Positions 29,746 to 40,281 of a DNA stretch of 64,000 bases are shown piece by piece. The notes beneath the pieces are model-generated. The model made no database searches. It was not told the origin of the DNA and saw only the letters and a program-made list of their open reading frames with translations. Numbering within the stretch: the stretch's first letter is position 1; every line of letters starts with the position of its first letter. Made by a program: the position numbers and the translations under genes. The stretch spans positions 1,792,001 to 1,856,000 of the forward strand of contig CAWBOS010000010.1 of the NCBI GenBank assembly GCA_963790475.1. The letters are read 5' to 3'. Origin of the DNA: an uncultured delta proteobacterium (GTDB lineage: Bacteria > Desulfobacterota > RBG-13-43-22).

Positions 29746-30116
29746 TCATGCCCCTCCTTATAAAGATAAATCTTTACGGATCCAAGACCCGACGTCAGGC
29801 AGAATAAAAAAAGGGTAAAAAAGTCAGTCGTCTTTTTTACCCTTTTTTTTCATTGAATTCATGGGGGATACCAAATCATCTTTGATGAGGATAAGTAGCA
29901 TATTGGTTTCGGTATTGTCAAGAATTTTTATAATTTTTTTTCCACTCTTGAGTCCCTCGCAAAAAGTTAAAAACGGCTTTTCGCGAGGCCGGAAATCCTG
30001 ACCTTGGCGGGACTCGCCCGCCACTTGAACAAAATTCGAGTGGCCCCGCTATCAACCCAAGTCGGAATTTAATTGTCCTCGGCTTGGTGAGGGGTTTTTA
30101 AGACTCCATAACCCCG

Positions 30117-31226
30117 TTAAATCTGCGACCAGCCATTCAGAGCAAAGGAGTAAGTAGTCGGCATTGGCGACAAGTAAATATTCGAGATTTGGGAAACTCT
30201 TTCAAACTGCAATCCCCCGGATTGAATAATATCTCCCTGGCAAACAATGTCTCCCAGCAACTTTCCGGAGCCCGTTTTTTTAACGGACTTATTGGACCAT
30301 AACACCCCCGCGATTTGAGAAAAGTCATTCAAAATAATATCCTGGCCGGCGATAAAAGCCACATCCAGGGTATGATCAGAGGCCAGAAGGGTGGAACCGT
30401 TAAGGGTGATCGATCCAGTGGCCACAATGGTTATTCCGGACAGATCGTTTCCTTGAAGGATCAGGTCGCCGTCAATAAAAATCAAAAGATTATTCTGGTC
30501 CCCGGAAAGAAGCAGATTTTGTTTTCCAAAAAGGAGCTGATTACTTGATTGCTGGGCCATGGACCGGTATTCTTGAAATTTTTTTTCGGAGATCGCCGGG
30601 ACTTCCACTGAAGGGAGATAATCCTGGCGCATCGGGTCCAGGGATTGAGTAACGGTAAATTGATTTTGTTTGAGCTGCTCAATAACTGAAGGGTCTAGAT
30701 TATACCCCTGGTTGGCATGCAGATTCCCAAGAATTCCCAACGAGCCGCTTAAATGGAGAACACCGGCAGTGACGATTCCCCTTTTAAAAATCGGAGACAC
30801 ATCCGCAGGCCCTCCGGATCGTGAACAATAAATAGTGGCCCGGATACGGCTTAGGCAATTTTGACCCGTGTCTTTTCCAATCATAATCACTTCAACATAG
30901 GCCGGAAGTTGCTGAGGATCATATCTCAATTCTTGAAGCCAGAATTTGATCCCCGGATGATCTTGTCCACTCAAGGGAAAGTTCATTTCCTGACCTGTTT
31001 TCTTCTGTAAGAAATATTCAAAATTCTGCCGATATCCGGATATCAGGTGCTGAATTCCCGCCTCGGCCGCATATAAAGCCTGCACACTTTGGTTATAGTT
31101 GGTACTGATTTTCAACTCGGTGGTGGAAGTCAGAAAGGCATTGGATCCCAGAATGGTTAATACCAATAAAACCAGCATGACCCCTACCAAAGCAGCTCCC
31201 TTTTGTTGTTTTATGGGGGATAGCAT
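30117..31226 (-). CDS. Type IV pilus PilX-like protein
   Basis: QKGAALV + hydrophobic helix, ALYAAEAG. Confidence 0.85.
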   Translation of the reverse strand: MLSPIKQQKGAALVGVMLVLLVLTILGSNAFLTSTTELKISTNYNQSVQALYAAEAGIQHLISGYRQNFEYFLQKKTGQEMNFPLSGQDHPGIKFWLQELRYDPQQLPAYVEVIMIGKDTGQNCLSRIRATIYCSRSGGPADVSPIFKRGIVTAGVLHLSGSLGILGNLHANQGYNLDPSVIEQLKQNQFTVTQSLDPMRQDYLPSVEVPAISEKKFQEYRSMAQQSSNQLLFGKQNLLLSGDQNNLLIFIDGDLILQGNDLSGITIVATGSITLNGSTLLASDHTLDVAFIAGQDIILNDFSQIAGVLWSNKSVKKTGSGKLLGDIVCQGDIIQSGGLQFERVSQISNIYLSPMPTTYSFALNGWSQI

Positions 31227-31256
31227 TGTTTCCTCCTGGAATTGGATTTAATCATT

Positions 31257-32132
31257 TCAAAATTGGTTTCGCTTCATCACTTGGGTGCTCATCGTTAAAT
31301 CATTTTCTTTCCCGGTCTGAGGAAGGCCTTTCCGGATTGAGAGCTGAAGCCGGTATAGTTCAGGTCTTATCGAATTCACTTTTAGATCGGTAATGTTATC
31401 GACCAGGGGTTCGTAGCCACAGGCGTTGATCTTTCTTTTAAGAAGAGGGACACCTAACTCGTGGAATCTTCCTCCCGAATCATTTTTATCGTTAAAGACC
31501 GCATAACTGACCAGACTGATTTCCCCGACCTCCGTGCCCTGCGGGTAGGCATTTTTCAGTCCTTGGTTGCCTGGTTGAATAGGATCGGTGTCGATGATCA
31601 GAGTCGACCCCGAAATTCCCTTTACCAGAGCCCTTTCTGCCGGTTTGCCGATATAAATCATATCGGAAAGATTATATTGTCCATTGGTTTCCGAAGCGGT
31701 TAAGGCCAGTTTGATCGAGGTATCTCCGGCCAGGGTTTCTTGAGCCAGGACCGTGGGGTTAGATTCACTGGAAAGAACGATCAATAAAGAAAGGAGATCC
31801 GGGTTATCCCCCCCGGAAGTCACCGTTACCGCCCCTTGGGGGTCCACGATTTGCGGGACCTTGGGAATAAAGGAGTTGGGGACCCAGGCCGAGAGATCAG
31901 CCAAAAAGGAATGATCTCCCAGGGGATATCCTGCGCTCTTGAAATCACGAGCGATTAATTCCAAGGCCATCCTCAATCCTTGTTGTCCCTGTAAGACCCT
32001 GGATTGCGTCTTATTGGCCTCGGCCTGGGACAAAAATATTTGGCAAAAAGTGCCCAGGACCAATCCTAAAAGGGTTATCGTGATTAGCACTTCCGTCAGC
32101 GTGAATCCCCGGCAATTATTTTCTCTTTCCAT
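31257..32132 (-). CDS. Type IV minor pilin, PilW-like
   Basis: RGFTLTEVL prepilin motif; ARDFKSAGY. Confidence 0.85.
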   Translation of the reverse strand: MERENNCRGFTLTEVLITITLLGLVLGTFCQIFLSQAEANKTQSRVLQGQQGLRMALELIARDFKSAGYPLGDHSFLADLSAWVPNSFIPKVPQIVDPQGAVTVTSGGDNPDLLSLLIVLSSESNPTVLAQETLAGDTSIKLALTASETNGQYNLSDMIYIGKPAERALVKGISGSTLIIDTDPIQPGNQGLKNAYPQGTEVGEISLVSYAVFNDKNDSGGRFHELGVPLLKRKINACGYEPLVDNITDLKVNSIRPELYRLQLSIRKGLPQTGKENDLTMSTQVMKRNQF

Positions 32133-32133
32133 T

Positions 32134-32616
32134 TCAGCCCTCCTGCACTTTCACCCTTCCCTCAGAGGAAAGGGTAATTTTCTTTTGCCCGGAAGAATTT
32201 TTTAAGACAATCGTGGTCCCGATCACTCCTCCTCGAGGTAAAAAAATCGGGTGGTTACTGCAGCTTTCCAAATTCACTCCCGGGTAAGAATAAGGATTGC
32301 CCGGATCATTGAATTTCCGGAGAACCCCTTCACGGGTACCCGGCCAGCGGGAAGGGCCGGTTAAAGATTCCCTTTCTAAAAAATATTGTTTTTGTCCGGG
32401 GTCAACCTGAATCCGGTAAAAGCAGTTTTGTCCAATGGCTCGCATTCGGGCCAGGTGGAAATCGGAAACCAGGCTGTTTACCGCCCCTTCCAAACGGTAT
32501 TTGGGTATAACTTGGTTAAAACCATAACAACCGATCAAAAAAACCAGGCTTAAAAGGGCAAGAGTCATGATCGTTTCAATCAAAGAAAATCCCGAAGCAT
32601 TTTTTCTCTTTGTCAT
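32134..32616 (-). CDS. FimT/GspH-like minor pilin
   Basis: SGFSLIETI; DFHLARMRAI; C-terminal GRVK. Confidence 0.85.
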   Translation of the reverse strand: MTKRKNASGFSLIETIMTLALLSLVFLIGCYGFNQVIPKYRLEGAVNSLVSDFHLARMRAIGQNCFYRIQVDPGQKQYFLERESLTGPSRWPGTREGVLRKFNDPGNPYSYPGVNLESCSNHPIFLPRGGVIGTTIVLKNSSGQKKITLSSEGRVKVQEG

Positions 32617-32871
32617 TTTGTATATCTCCCTTCTGGGAAAAAATTGAATTTTTATTGGTTATAGCACCGCTCAAAGACAACCATTGATCCGTTATTAACC
32701 GAGGAGGTATTATAGCCTTGAATTTTCGACCCGACCGGACCTCTCTGATCAAGGGCGCACAGAAAGAACTTCGAGTGGGACAGCCTTGGTCGATCGTGAA
32801 TTGTTGGGTTGTGACTGCGGACAGAAGGATAAAGGAGTGGTTTACCTTAATTGAACGGAGGGTAAAAAAAG

Positions 32872-33642
32872 TTAACCGAGATACCAGTTCAAAAGAGCCG
32901 AGCCGAAAAAGAGATGAATGACCGCCCCCAGAGAAAGAAAAGGTCCGAAAGGAACAGCATAAGTGCGATCCTTCCTCCAAACCAGGATCAATCCCAGACC
33001 CGCCAGGGTCCCCAAAAAGGAGCCGAAGACAAGGGTGACTAAAACCCCCTGCCAGCCGAGAAAGGCACCAATCATGGCCAATAACTTGATATCCCCTCCT
33101 CCCATGCCCTCTTTTTTGGCCAGCAGTTGATAGCCGACGGCCAGAAGCCATAACAGCCCGCCCCCGACCAGCAAGCCGATCAAAGAAGACCGCCACCCGG
33201 GGGACCCTGTCAGCCAGGAGAGTATCAAACCAATCCCTATCCCCGGATAGCTTATCCAATCGGGGATGATTTGATGAGATAAATCGATAAAGGAAACAAT
33301 CAACAGGGCACTGACTAAAAGCAACGCTTGAAGGAAGTCCCAGGAAAAGCCGAACTTCCAGCCTAACAAAACTGTGGCCAGAGCGGTCATTCCTTCGACG
33401 AGGGGATATTGATATGAAATTGGGGTCTGACAATATCGACATGACCCTTTTAATAGCAAAAAGCTTACCAGGGGAAGATTATCCAATACCGAGAGAGGAT
33501 GCCGGCAATGGGGACAGCGCGAACCGGGCCAGACAATAGACTCTTCCCGGGGTAAACGATAGATGCATACATTATAAAAACTTCCCAGTACCAATCCAAG
33601 GATGATCAGAATTATATAATAAAACCATGAAGGAACAGCCAT
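32872..33642 (-). CDS. pilD: Prepilin peptidase/N-methyltransferase
   Basis: GSFYNVCIYRLP, CPHC/CRYC, FIDL, GMGGGDIKL, PFGPFL. Confidence 0.96.
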   Translation of the reverse strand: MAVPSWFYYIILIILGLVLGSFYNVCIYRLPREESIVWPGSRCPHCRHPLSVLDNLPLVSFLLLKGSCRYCQTPISYQYPLVEGMTALATVLLGWKFGFSWDFLQALLLVSALLIVSFIDLSHQIIPDWISYPGIGIGLILSWLTGSPGWRSSLIGLLVGGGLLWLLAVGYQLLAKKEGMGGGDIKLLAMIGAFLGWQGVLVTLVFGSFLGTLAGLGLILVWRKDRTYAVPFGPFLSLGAVIHLFFGSALLNWYLG

Positions 33643-33705
33643 TAGTGTTTTCTCACCCTGTAAATCATTTTATTCTTATATTCTGTATAAGAGGTCAGAG
33701 ATCGT

Positions 33706-33735
33706 TTGACAAGACTTTTTTCTTTAAGCTATAAT
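33706..33735 (+). promoter_or_regulatory. Consensus sigma70 promoter
   Basis: TTGACA-18bp-TATAAT, ~200 bp upstream of the Sua5/YciO-family gene. Confidence 0.65.
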
Positions 33736-33939
33736 AAAACTATCTTTTTCTGCCCCGCAAGGACAAGAAACGCTAATAATATGGTAACCCGGTTATCAGG
33801 AAAGGGTAACGATATTACCGGGTCTGATTAGATTCTGAAACCCCTTCAGATCATTTCTGACCTTTCATTCGAAAAACCAGGAAAATAATTGGGCACCTAA
33901 AACCGGACTGGTCAAAATGTTTCTCGTTAAGGAGCTTTT

Positions 33940-34548
33940 ATGATTTTCCGCATTAATCCCTCTAATCCTCAGAAACGGCTGATCGATAAGGCCGTGAGCC
34001 TTCTAAAGGAAGGAGGGGTCATAGCCTATCCCACCGATACCATTTACGGCTTAGGTTGTGACATGTACAACAAAAAAGCAATTCAGCGCATCTATCAGAT
34101 TAAGAAAAGAGACCCCCAAAAACCTTTCAGTTTTATCTGCTCGGATTTGAAAAACATCAGCTTATATGCTCAGGTCACCAACCAGGCTTATAAGATTATG
34201 AAAAGATATCTGCCGGGGCCCTACACCTTTATCCTCCTGGGCACCAAACTGGTCCCCAAAATCATGACCACCAAGAGAAAAACCGTGGGCATTCGGGTGC
34301 CTGACAATAACATTTGTCTTTCTCTGGTAAAGACCCTGGGCAATCCGATTATCAGCACCAGTGTCGGTTTCTCAGGAGGGGAGGTCTTGTCCGATCCTTC
34401 TTTGATCGAAGAAACCTTTGGATCGCAGATTGATCTGACTATAGACGGGGGCATATTGGCCAATCAACCGTCTACGATTATTTCACTGATCGATGATGAG
34501 ATTGAGGTGATACGGGAAGGATTGGGAGAGTTTCGTCAATTCTTATAA
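33940..34548 (+). CDS. Sua5/YciO/YrdC family protein (threonylcarbamoyl-AMP synthase-like)
   Basis: YPTDTIYGLGC, LPGPYTFIL, VGIRVP, STS. Confidence 0.92.
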   Translation: MIFRINPSNPQKRLIDKAVSLLKEGGVIAYPTDTIYGLGCDMYNKKAIQRIYQIKKRDPQKPFSFICSDLKNISLYAQVTNQAYKIMKRYLPGPYTFILLGTKLVPKIMTTKRKTVGIRVPDNNICLSLVKTLGNPIISTSVGFSGGEVLSDPSLIEETFGSQIDLTIDGGILANQPSTIISLIDDEIEVIREGLGEFRQFL

Positions 34549-35441
34549 AAAATAGGCGGGAGCAATAAAAGCTGGGCCGAAGGCCAGGGGAGTTGGAGGG
34601 ATTCCTTGATCTCTCCCATCCATTCACTAAAGATAAGGTCCCAAACCGAAAAACGTTTCTTTTCCTGAAAAATCAATTTAACCTCGCCTCTAAGACCCAC
34701 CATTTTTTTGGTCAGTTCAACCGCGTCTTCGAAGCTACCCAATTCATCCACCAATCCCAGGTCCCTGGCCTGTTCCCCGGTGAAGATTCGTCCATCGGCA
34801 AGCTTCTCCACCTTTTCCCGATTTAAACGGCGTCCCTTAACAACAACCTCTACAAATTGTTGATGGACATTTTTAATCACTTCTTCCAAAAGGCGGCGTT
34901 CTTCTGGTTTCATTTCCCTTACCGGCGAGCCGATATCTTTAAAAGGACCGCTTTTAACCACCTCCCGGCTGACCCCGATTTTATGAAGGAGGTCTTTAAT
35001 GTTGGACAACTCCATGATCACACCGATACTGCCGGTCAGAGTCGCCGGATTGGCCACAATCTTATTAGCCGCCAAAGCCACATAATAACCTCCGGAAGCA
35101 GCCACATTTCCCATGGAGGCCACCACTTTTTTCTTGAGAACGGTTCGTTGGACCTCCCGGTAAATTTCCTGGGAGGCGGCGGTTCCTCCTCCAGGGGATT
35201 CAATCCGAAGGATAATCGCCTTGACCCGGCTGTCTTTCCGATATTTCTTTAGTTGTTCCACCACCTCTCTGGAGTCGGTTATGACCCCCCGTAGGGAAAC
35301 GACGGCGATACGATTACCAAAACTTATGTCAAAATCCCTTTTAAGAAAGAGGGTTATTCCCCCCCAAAGGAGAACCAAGCCGCAGGCCACCAGACCGTAA
35401 ATAAATAATCCAAACAGGACAGGGTGTTTTTTTTCAGACAT
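34536..35441 (-). CDS. sppA: Signal peptide peptidase SppA (36K type)
   Basis: ESPGG, AASGGYY, TGSIGV, ADGRIFTG. Confidence 0.95.
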   Translation of the reverse strand: MSEKKHPVLFGLFIYGLVACGLVLLWGGITLFLKRDFDISFGNRIAVVSLRGVITDSREVVEQLKKYRKDSRVKAIILRIESPGGGTAASQEIYREVQRTVLKKKVVASMGNVAASGGYYVALAANKIVANPATLTGSIGVIMELSNIKDLLHKIGVSREVVKSGPFKDIGSPVREMKPEERRLLEEVIKNVHQQFVEVVVKGRRLNREKVEKLADGRIFTGEQARDLGLVDELGSFEDAVELTKKMVGLRGEVKLIFQEKKRFSVWDLIFSEWMGEIKESLQLPWPSAQLLLLPPIFYKN

Positions 35442-35595
35442 GCTTTTAGCCGGGACATGGTGAAGGTTAAAGTTCGGAGTTAGGAGTAAACGCTTAATCC
35501 CGAACTCTCAACTCCGAGTTGATTTACAATTTTCATGCGAAAGCTCCTGACAATCTTAATAAATGAAAAGCTTCCCCATGCGGGAAAAGTCGGGA

Positions 35596-37380
35596 TCAGG
35601 ATTCGTCCGAATCCAGGTTAAACTTATTTTTGTTTTCCATTTCCTCCCGTAGCAAATCACCCAGATTGGAACTAGCCTCTTTGGAGCTATTCAGGTATTC
35701 TTTCATCAAGGTCTGATCCTCCTCTTTCTTGGCCCGGCGGATGGAAAGTCCGATTCTTCTCTCTTTCCTGGCGACGTTGATTACCTTGGCTGTGATCGTA
35801 TCCCCCACTTTATATAGCCCGACCGGAGTTTTGATCTTCTCCTTACTGACCTCTGAGACATGAACCAACCCTTCCACGCCTTCTTCAACCTCAACAAATA
35901 TTCCAAAATCGGTCACATTGGTGATAACCCCGTTAACTAAGGATCCGGTAGGATATTTTTTAGGAATTTCTTCCCAGGGATCAACTTCCAGTTGTTTAAC
36001 TCCTAACGAAAAACGTTCCTGATCCTTATCGATATGCAGGACTTTGGCCTGGATCTCCTGTCCCTTTTTGTACAATTCTGAAGGATGTCTCACCCGCTTG
36101 ATCCAGGAGATATCCGAAATGTGGACCAACCCATCGATTCCTTCATCAATGCCGATAAAAATCCCGAAATCGGTAATGTTTTTAATTTTTCCTTCAATCA
36201 CCGTACCTTCCGGATATTTTTCGGCAATCACATCCCAGGGATTGGGTTCGACCTGCTTCATTCCCAGAGAAATCCTTTTTTTATCCGGATCCACGGACAG
36301 AACCACGGCCTCGACGATTTCTCCCACCGACACAATCTTGGATGGATGTTTAACCTTCTGGGTCCAGGACATTTCAGAAACATGAATCAACCCTTCCACA
36401 CCATTTTCCAATTCTACAAAGGCCCCATAATCGGTCAGGTTGACTATCTTTCCCTTGACCTTCCGACCGATCGGGTATCGCTCAGTCACCGTAGTCCAGG
36501 GATCGGGATGGAGTTGTTTCAATCCCAAAGAGACTCGATGACGTTCCTTATCAAAATTTAACACTTTGACCTGCATTTTGTCGCCCACCTTGCACAATTC
36601 GGAAGGGTGGCTGGCCCGGCCCCAGCTCATATCGGTTACATGCAACAGGCCATCAATTCCGCCCAGGTCGATAAAAATCCCATAATCGGTAATGTTTTTC
36701 ACTACCCCTTCCAGGACTTGATCATTTTCGAGGGTATCTAAAATCGCATTTCGTTGTTCCTCCCTTTCCTTTTCCAAAAGAACCCGTCGGGATAGAACAA
36801 CGTTATTTCTTTTCTTATTATATTTTAGGATTTTGAAGGGGAAGGACTGTTCCAGTAAATGATCCATATCACGAATCGGCTGCAAGTCGATCTGAGATCC
36901 AGGCAGGAAAGCAGGAATACCGATATCAACCGTCAGCCCGCCTTTAACTTTTCCGACAATCTTGCCTTCAATAACCCCGTCATCGCGATAAATTCGGCTG
37001 ATTTCATCCCAAACGAGGATCTTGGCCGCTCGTTCTTTGGAAAGAAGGATATCCCCTTCTTCATCGTCACGTTTTTCAATCAAAACATCCACCCATTCAC
37101 CGGTCTGAGCCGTTATTTCTCCCGTGGGGGTTAAAAACTCACTAATAGGAATGCGCCCCTCTGATTTATAGCCGATATCAATCATTACAAATTCCTTATC
37201 AACACCGACAATCCTTCCTCTAACCACCTCCCCTTCCTGAAAGGTCTTCAGGCTTTCCTCGTATAATTCTTTAAATTCCTCTTCCCCCGTGTTCCCTGGA
37301 GACCTCTCATTCAAGGTCGTCTTTTCTGTGGCTTGGGTTTCGTGTTCTTGGTTATCCATTTCCTCTGTGTTTTTTTCCAT
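35596..37380 (-). CDS. rpsA: 30S ribosomal protein S1
   Basis: Six S1 repeats (DIGYKSEG, DGLLHVTD, EGLIHVSE). Confidence 0.98.
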   Translation of the reverse strand: MEKNTEEMDNQEHETQATEKTTLNERSPGNTGEEEFKELYEESLKTFQEGEVVRGRIVGVDKEFVMIDIGYKSEGRIPISEFLTPTGEITAQTGEWVDVLIEKRDDEEGDILLSKERAAKILVWDEISRIYRDDGVIEGKIVGKVKGGLTVDIGIPAFLPGSQIDLQPIRDMDHLLEQSFPFKILKYNKKRNNVVLSRRVLLEKEREEQRNAILDTLENDQVLEGVVKNITDYGIFIDLGGIDGLLHVTDMSWGRASHPSELCKVGDKMQVKVLNFDKERHRVSLGLKQLHPDPWTTVTERYPIGRKVKGKIVNLTDYGAFVELENGVEGLIHVSEMSWTQKVKHPSKIVSVGEIVEAVVLSVDPDKKRISLGMKQVEPNPWDVIAEKYPEGTVIEGKIKNITDFGIFIGIDEGIDGLVHISDISWIKRVRHPSELYKKGQEIQAKVLHIDKDQERFSLGVKQLEVDPWEEIPKKYPTGSLVNGVITNVTDFGIFVEVEEGVEGLVHVSEVSKEKIKTPVGLYKVGDTITAKVINVARKERRIGLSIRRAKKEEDQTLMKEYLNSSKEASSNLGDLLREEMENKNKFNLDSDES

Positions 37381-37567
37381 TAACCTTTTATCCCCCTAAA
37401 CTTCCTTTTTTCTCTTCAAGAACCGGGAGTTTATCGATATTATTTCTTCCCCGTCCTTGCCTCTGTTCAGCGGCTACGGTAATTTACGCAAGCTTATCAA
37501 AAATATTCATAAAAATCAAGTTTAATTGATTATCCCTTCCCGTCAATTTTTTAGGCAACATCGCGGT

Positions 37568-38272
37568 TCAGCGAGACCGGAAATCATCGGCAGAAGTGTT
37601 TGTATCCTTGAAAATTCGGGAATGAATGGATCGGACAACCTCTTCGATCGACAAATGAGAAGTATCCACCACCCAGGCCCCCGGGGCAGGACGTAGTGGG
37701 GCCAAGGTCCTTTCCTGATCCTGACGGTCACGAGCTTCCATCTCCTTTTCCACCTCTTTCAGGGTAACGGACTGCCCTTTCTGGATCAGTTCTTCGAATC
37801 TTCTTCTGGCTCTTACCTCCAAGGAAGCATTCAAAAAAAATTTAAATCCGGCCTGAGGGAAAATAACTGTACCCATATCCCTTCCTTCGGCGATTAGGCC
37901 CCCCTGCCGGCCGAGAGCCTTTTGTCTTTCAGCCAAAAAGGAACGAACTTCAGGTTTCATAGATATTGCGGAAGCCAATCGGCTGATTTCCGGGGTTCGA
38001 ATTTCCTGACCGACATCGCTACCTTGAACCCAGACCCTCTGCCCCGGCCCGTTCCCTTCAATGACAAATTCTAAATCCTTTAAGAAAAGGGTAAGGGCCT
38101 TTCCAGCTAAATCTTCTTTTTTTTGTTTTCTTAGTATCCAGGCAACTACCCGGTACATGGCCCCGGTATCCAGACAATCCAATCCCAATTGCTCGCCTAA
38201 AAGCCGGGCGATGGTGCTTTTACCCGCCCCTGCTGGACCGTCAATAGTGATGATGATATTCGGTTTGGCCAT
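37568..38272 (-). CDS. cmk: Cytidylate kinase
   Basis: ITIDGPAGAGKST, DTGAMYR, EGRDMGTVIFP. Confidence 0.96.
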   Translation of the reverse strand: MAKPNIIITIDGPAGAGKSTIARLLGEQLGLDCLDTGAMYRVVAWILRKQKKEDLAGKALTLFLKDLEFVIEGNGPGQRVWVQGSDVGQEIRTPEISRLASAISMKPEVRSFLAERQKALGRQGGLIAEGRDMGTVIFPQAGFKFFLNASLEVRARRRFEELIQKGQSVTLKEVEKEMEARDRQDQERTLAPLRPAPGAWVVDTSHLSIEEVVRSIHSRIFKDTNTSADDFRSR

Positions 38273-38449
38273 TAAGGTTGATCTCGAAAAAGTCAAATTC
38301 GATGAGGATATTTGTGAAATTTTGAAATCGGGGATTGCTTCCTTATTTAACGCCAAATGATCGCGTGGAAAAGCCGGACTTAAGGAGCGTTTCACTTTAG
38401 ACAAAAGGCGACGGCCCCTGGCTATCCTTGTTTGAGGCGGCTTTTTTAT

Positions 38450-39536
38450 TTAAGGAGCTAGCACCTGTTTCAAGGCCCGTAAAAACCGCTGGTTTTCTTC
38501 GGGGAAGCCCGATATTGACTCGGATATAATAATCCAGGCCGTAACTTTTCATAGAACGGATAATAATCCCCTTTTTCAGCAGGGCTTCATAGACCACCTG
38601 TGCCTTCAGGGGAACCTTTATCAAAATAAAATTGGCCTGGGAAGGCACGTAGGAAAGACCCATTCTGGTCAACCCCTTTTCAATCGTTTTCTTTCCGGCG
38701 CGAACCAGAGTGCGGGTCTTTTCATAGAAAGCCTGGTCTTTCAAGGCCCCCAGGGCGGCGGCCTGGGCCAGAGAGTTCACATTAAAGGGTTGCCGAACCC
38801 GATTAACGTAATCGGTCAGCTCCGGCTGGGCCAGTCCATAGCCGATACGAAGCCCAGCCAACCCATAGGCCTTGGAAAAAGTTCGAAAAACTATAAGGTT
38901 TTTTCCAGAATCGATGTAATGCAGTCCACTTGGGCAATCCTTATCTTCCACAAAGTCAATGTAGGCCTCGTCCAGAAGTATCAGAATCCGGTCAGGAACA
39001 CTTCTTAAAAACCATTCCCATTCTTTCTTTCTGATGGTGGTGCCGGTGGGATTGTTAGGGTTGTTGATAATGATGATTTGAGTTCGTGGGCCGATCCGGG
39101 ATAGAATCGCTTCCAGATCAATCCTAAATCTTTTGAGCGGTACCAGGATACTTTTTCCGCCCAGGGCCTGAACCGCCTTTTCATAAACCAGGAAAGAGGG
39201 AACGGGAGATATTACCTCAAAACCCGGTTTCATAAAGGTCTTCAAGGCCAATTCGATTATCTCGTTGGATCCATTACCTAACAAGATTTGATCCGCTGAT
39301 AGGCCCAGAAGCTGGCTGAGCGCTTGTTTTAAATAGTAACCGCTTCCATCGGGATAGCGATGAATCTGGGGCAGGACGCGTCGTATGGCCTTCAAGGCCA
39401 GAGGGGAAGGACCCAATGGATTCTCGTTGGAGGCCAGCTTGATTACTTGTTTAATCCCATATTCCCGGGTTAATTCTTCGATGGGTTTTCCTGGAGGATA
39501 GGGGACCAGATCAAGGATTGATTTTTTTATTTTCAT
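38450..39536 (-). CDS. hisC: Histidinol-phosphate aminotransferase (+1 frameshift near the C-terminus)
   Basis: KLASNENP, NNPNNPTG, DEAY, RTFSKAYGLAGLR; removing one base near 38503 gives ...GLPEENQRFLRALKQVLAP*. Confidence 0.93.
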
Positions 39537-39729
39537 GTTTTTCCTTATTTATTAACCAGTTCTTACATCACCGCTCATTAAAAATCAATAGCTTTTCTTG
39601 AAAAAAGGAATCATTTTTTGGAATTGGACCTGCTAAAAGTTCTTGCCTTTTCATGAAAAACAGGTAGAATTAACTCCTAATTTTTATTAAGATCTAATCT
39701 TGAAATCAATTAAAGAAAGGGAATCGAAG

Positions 39730-40005
39730 ATGAACAAGTCCCAGTTGATTGAAGCCTTAGCCAAAGATCAGGACCTGACCATCAAGAACGCCGAATTAGT
39801 CGTGACCCATTTTTTTGAGAGTATTGAGGAGGCCCTGGCTAAAGGAACAAGGGTAGAGATCCGTGGCTTTGGTAGTTTTAAGGTTAAAAATTATCAAGGC
39901 TACAAAGGTAGAAACCCAAAAACCGGGTCCATCATCAATGTCTCCAGAAAAAGACTCCCCTTTTTCAAAGTGGGGAAGGAATTAAAAGAACGAGTTGACG
40001 TTTAG
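39730..40005 (+). CDS. IHF/HU family DNA-binding protein (IHF-beta-like)
   Basis: MNKSQLI, VEIRGFGSF, GRNPKTG, FKVGKELKERV. Confidence 0.94.
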   Translation: MNKSQLIEALAKDQDLTIKNAELVVTHFFESIEEALAKGTRVEIRGFGSFKVKNYQGYKGRNPKTGSIINVSRKRLPFFKVGKELKERVDV

Positions 40006-40012
40006 TCCAATT

Positions 40013-40281
40013 CTTGGCCGTGCTAAGCGGGGAGCTGGCGGTGCCCTGTACCCGAAATCCGCTCATGCGGGGCAGAATCTCCTTTTGAGGGTTGTAATAA
40101 CAGTAAAGGTTCCTTTATCTAAGGTCAGAATTGGACGGTACGCAACAAACGGTTATGAACTCCGTCAGGTCTGGAAGGAAGCAGCGGTAAATAATGCGGT
40201 TTGTGTCGTATCTATCTCCAATCCTCGTCGTTAGGGCAAGGTCTTTAGTGTCGTTGATTCGAGAAAGGATGCACGGCCAAG
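40013..40281 (+). ncRNA. ffs: Large (Alu-domain) bacterial SRP RNA
   Basis: 5' gccgtgctaagcggggag..gcggtgccctgtacc like Bacillus scRNA; S-domain ccgtcaggtctggaaggaagcagcgg; termini pair (cttggccgtgc/gcacggccaag). Confidence 0.93.

Noticed and set aside
32576-33442. 288-aa minus-strand ORF overlapping pilD
   Set aside because: Alternative frame of pilD with no motifs
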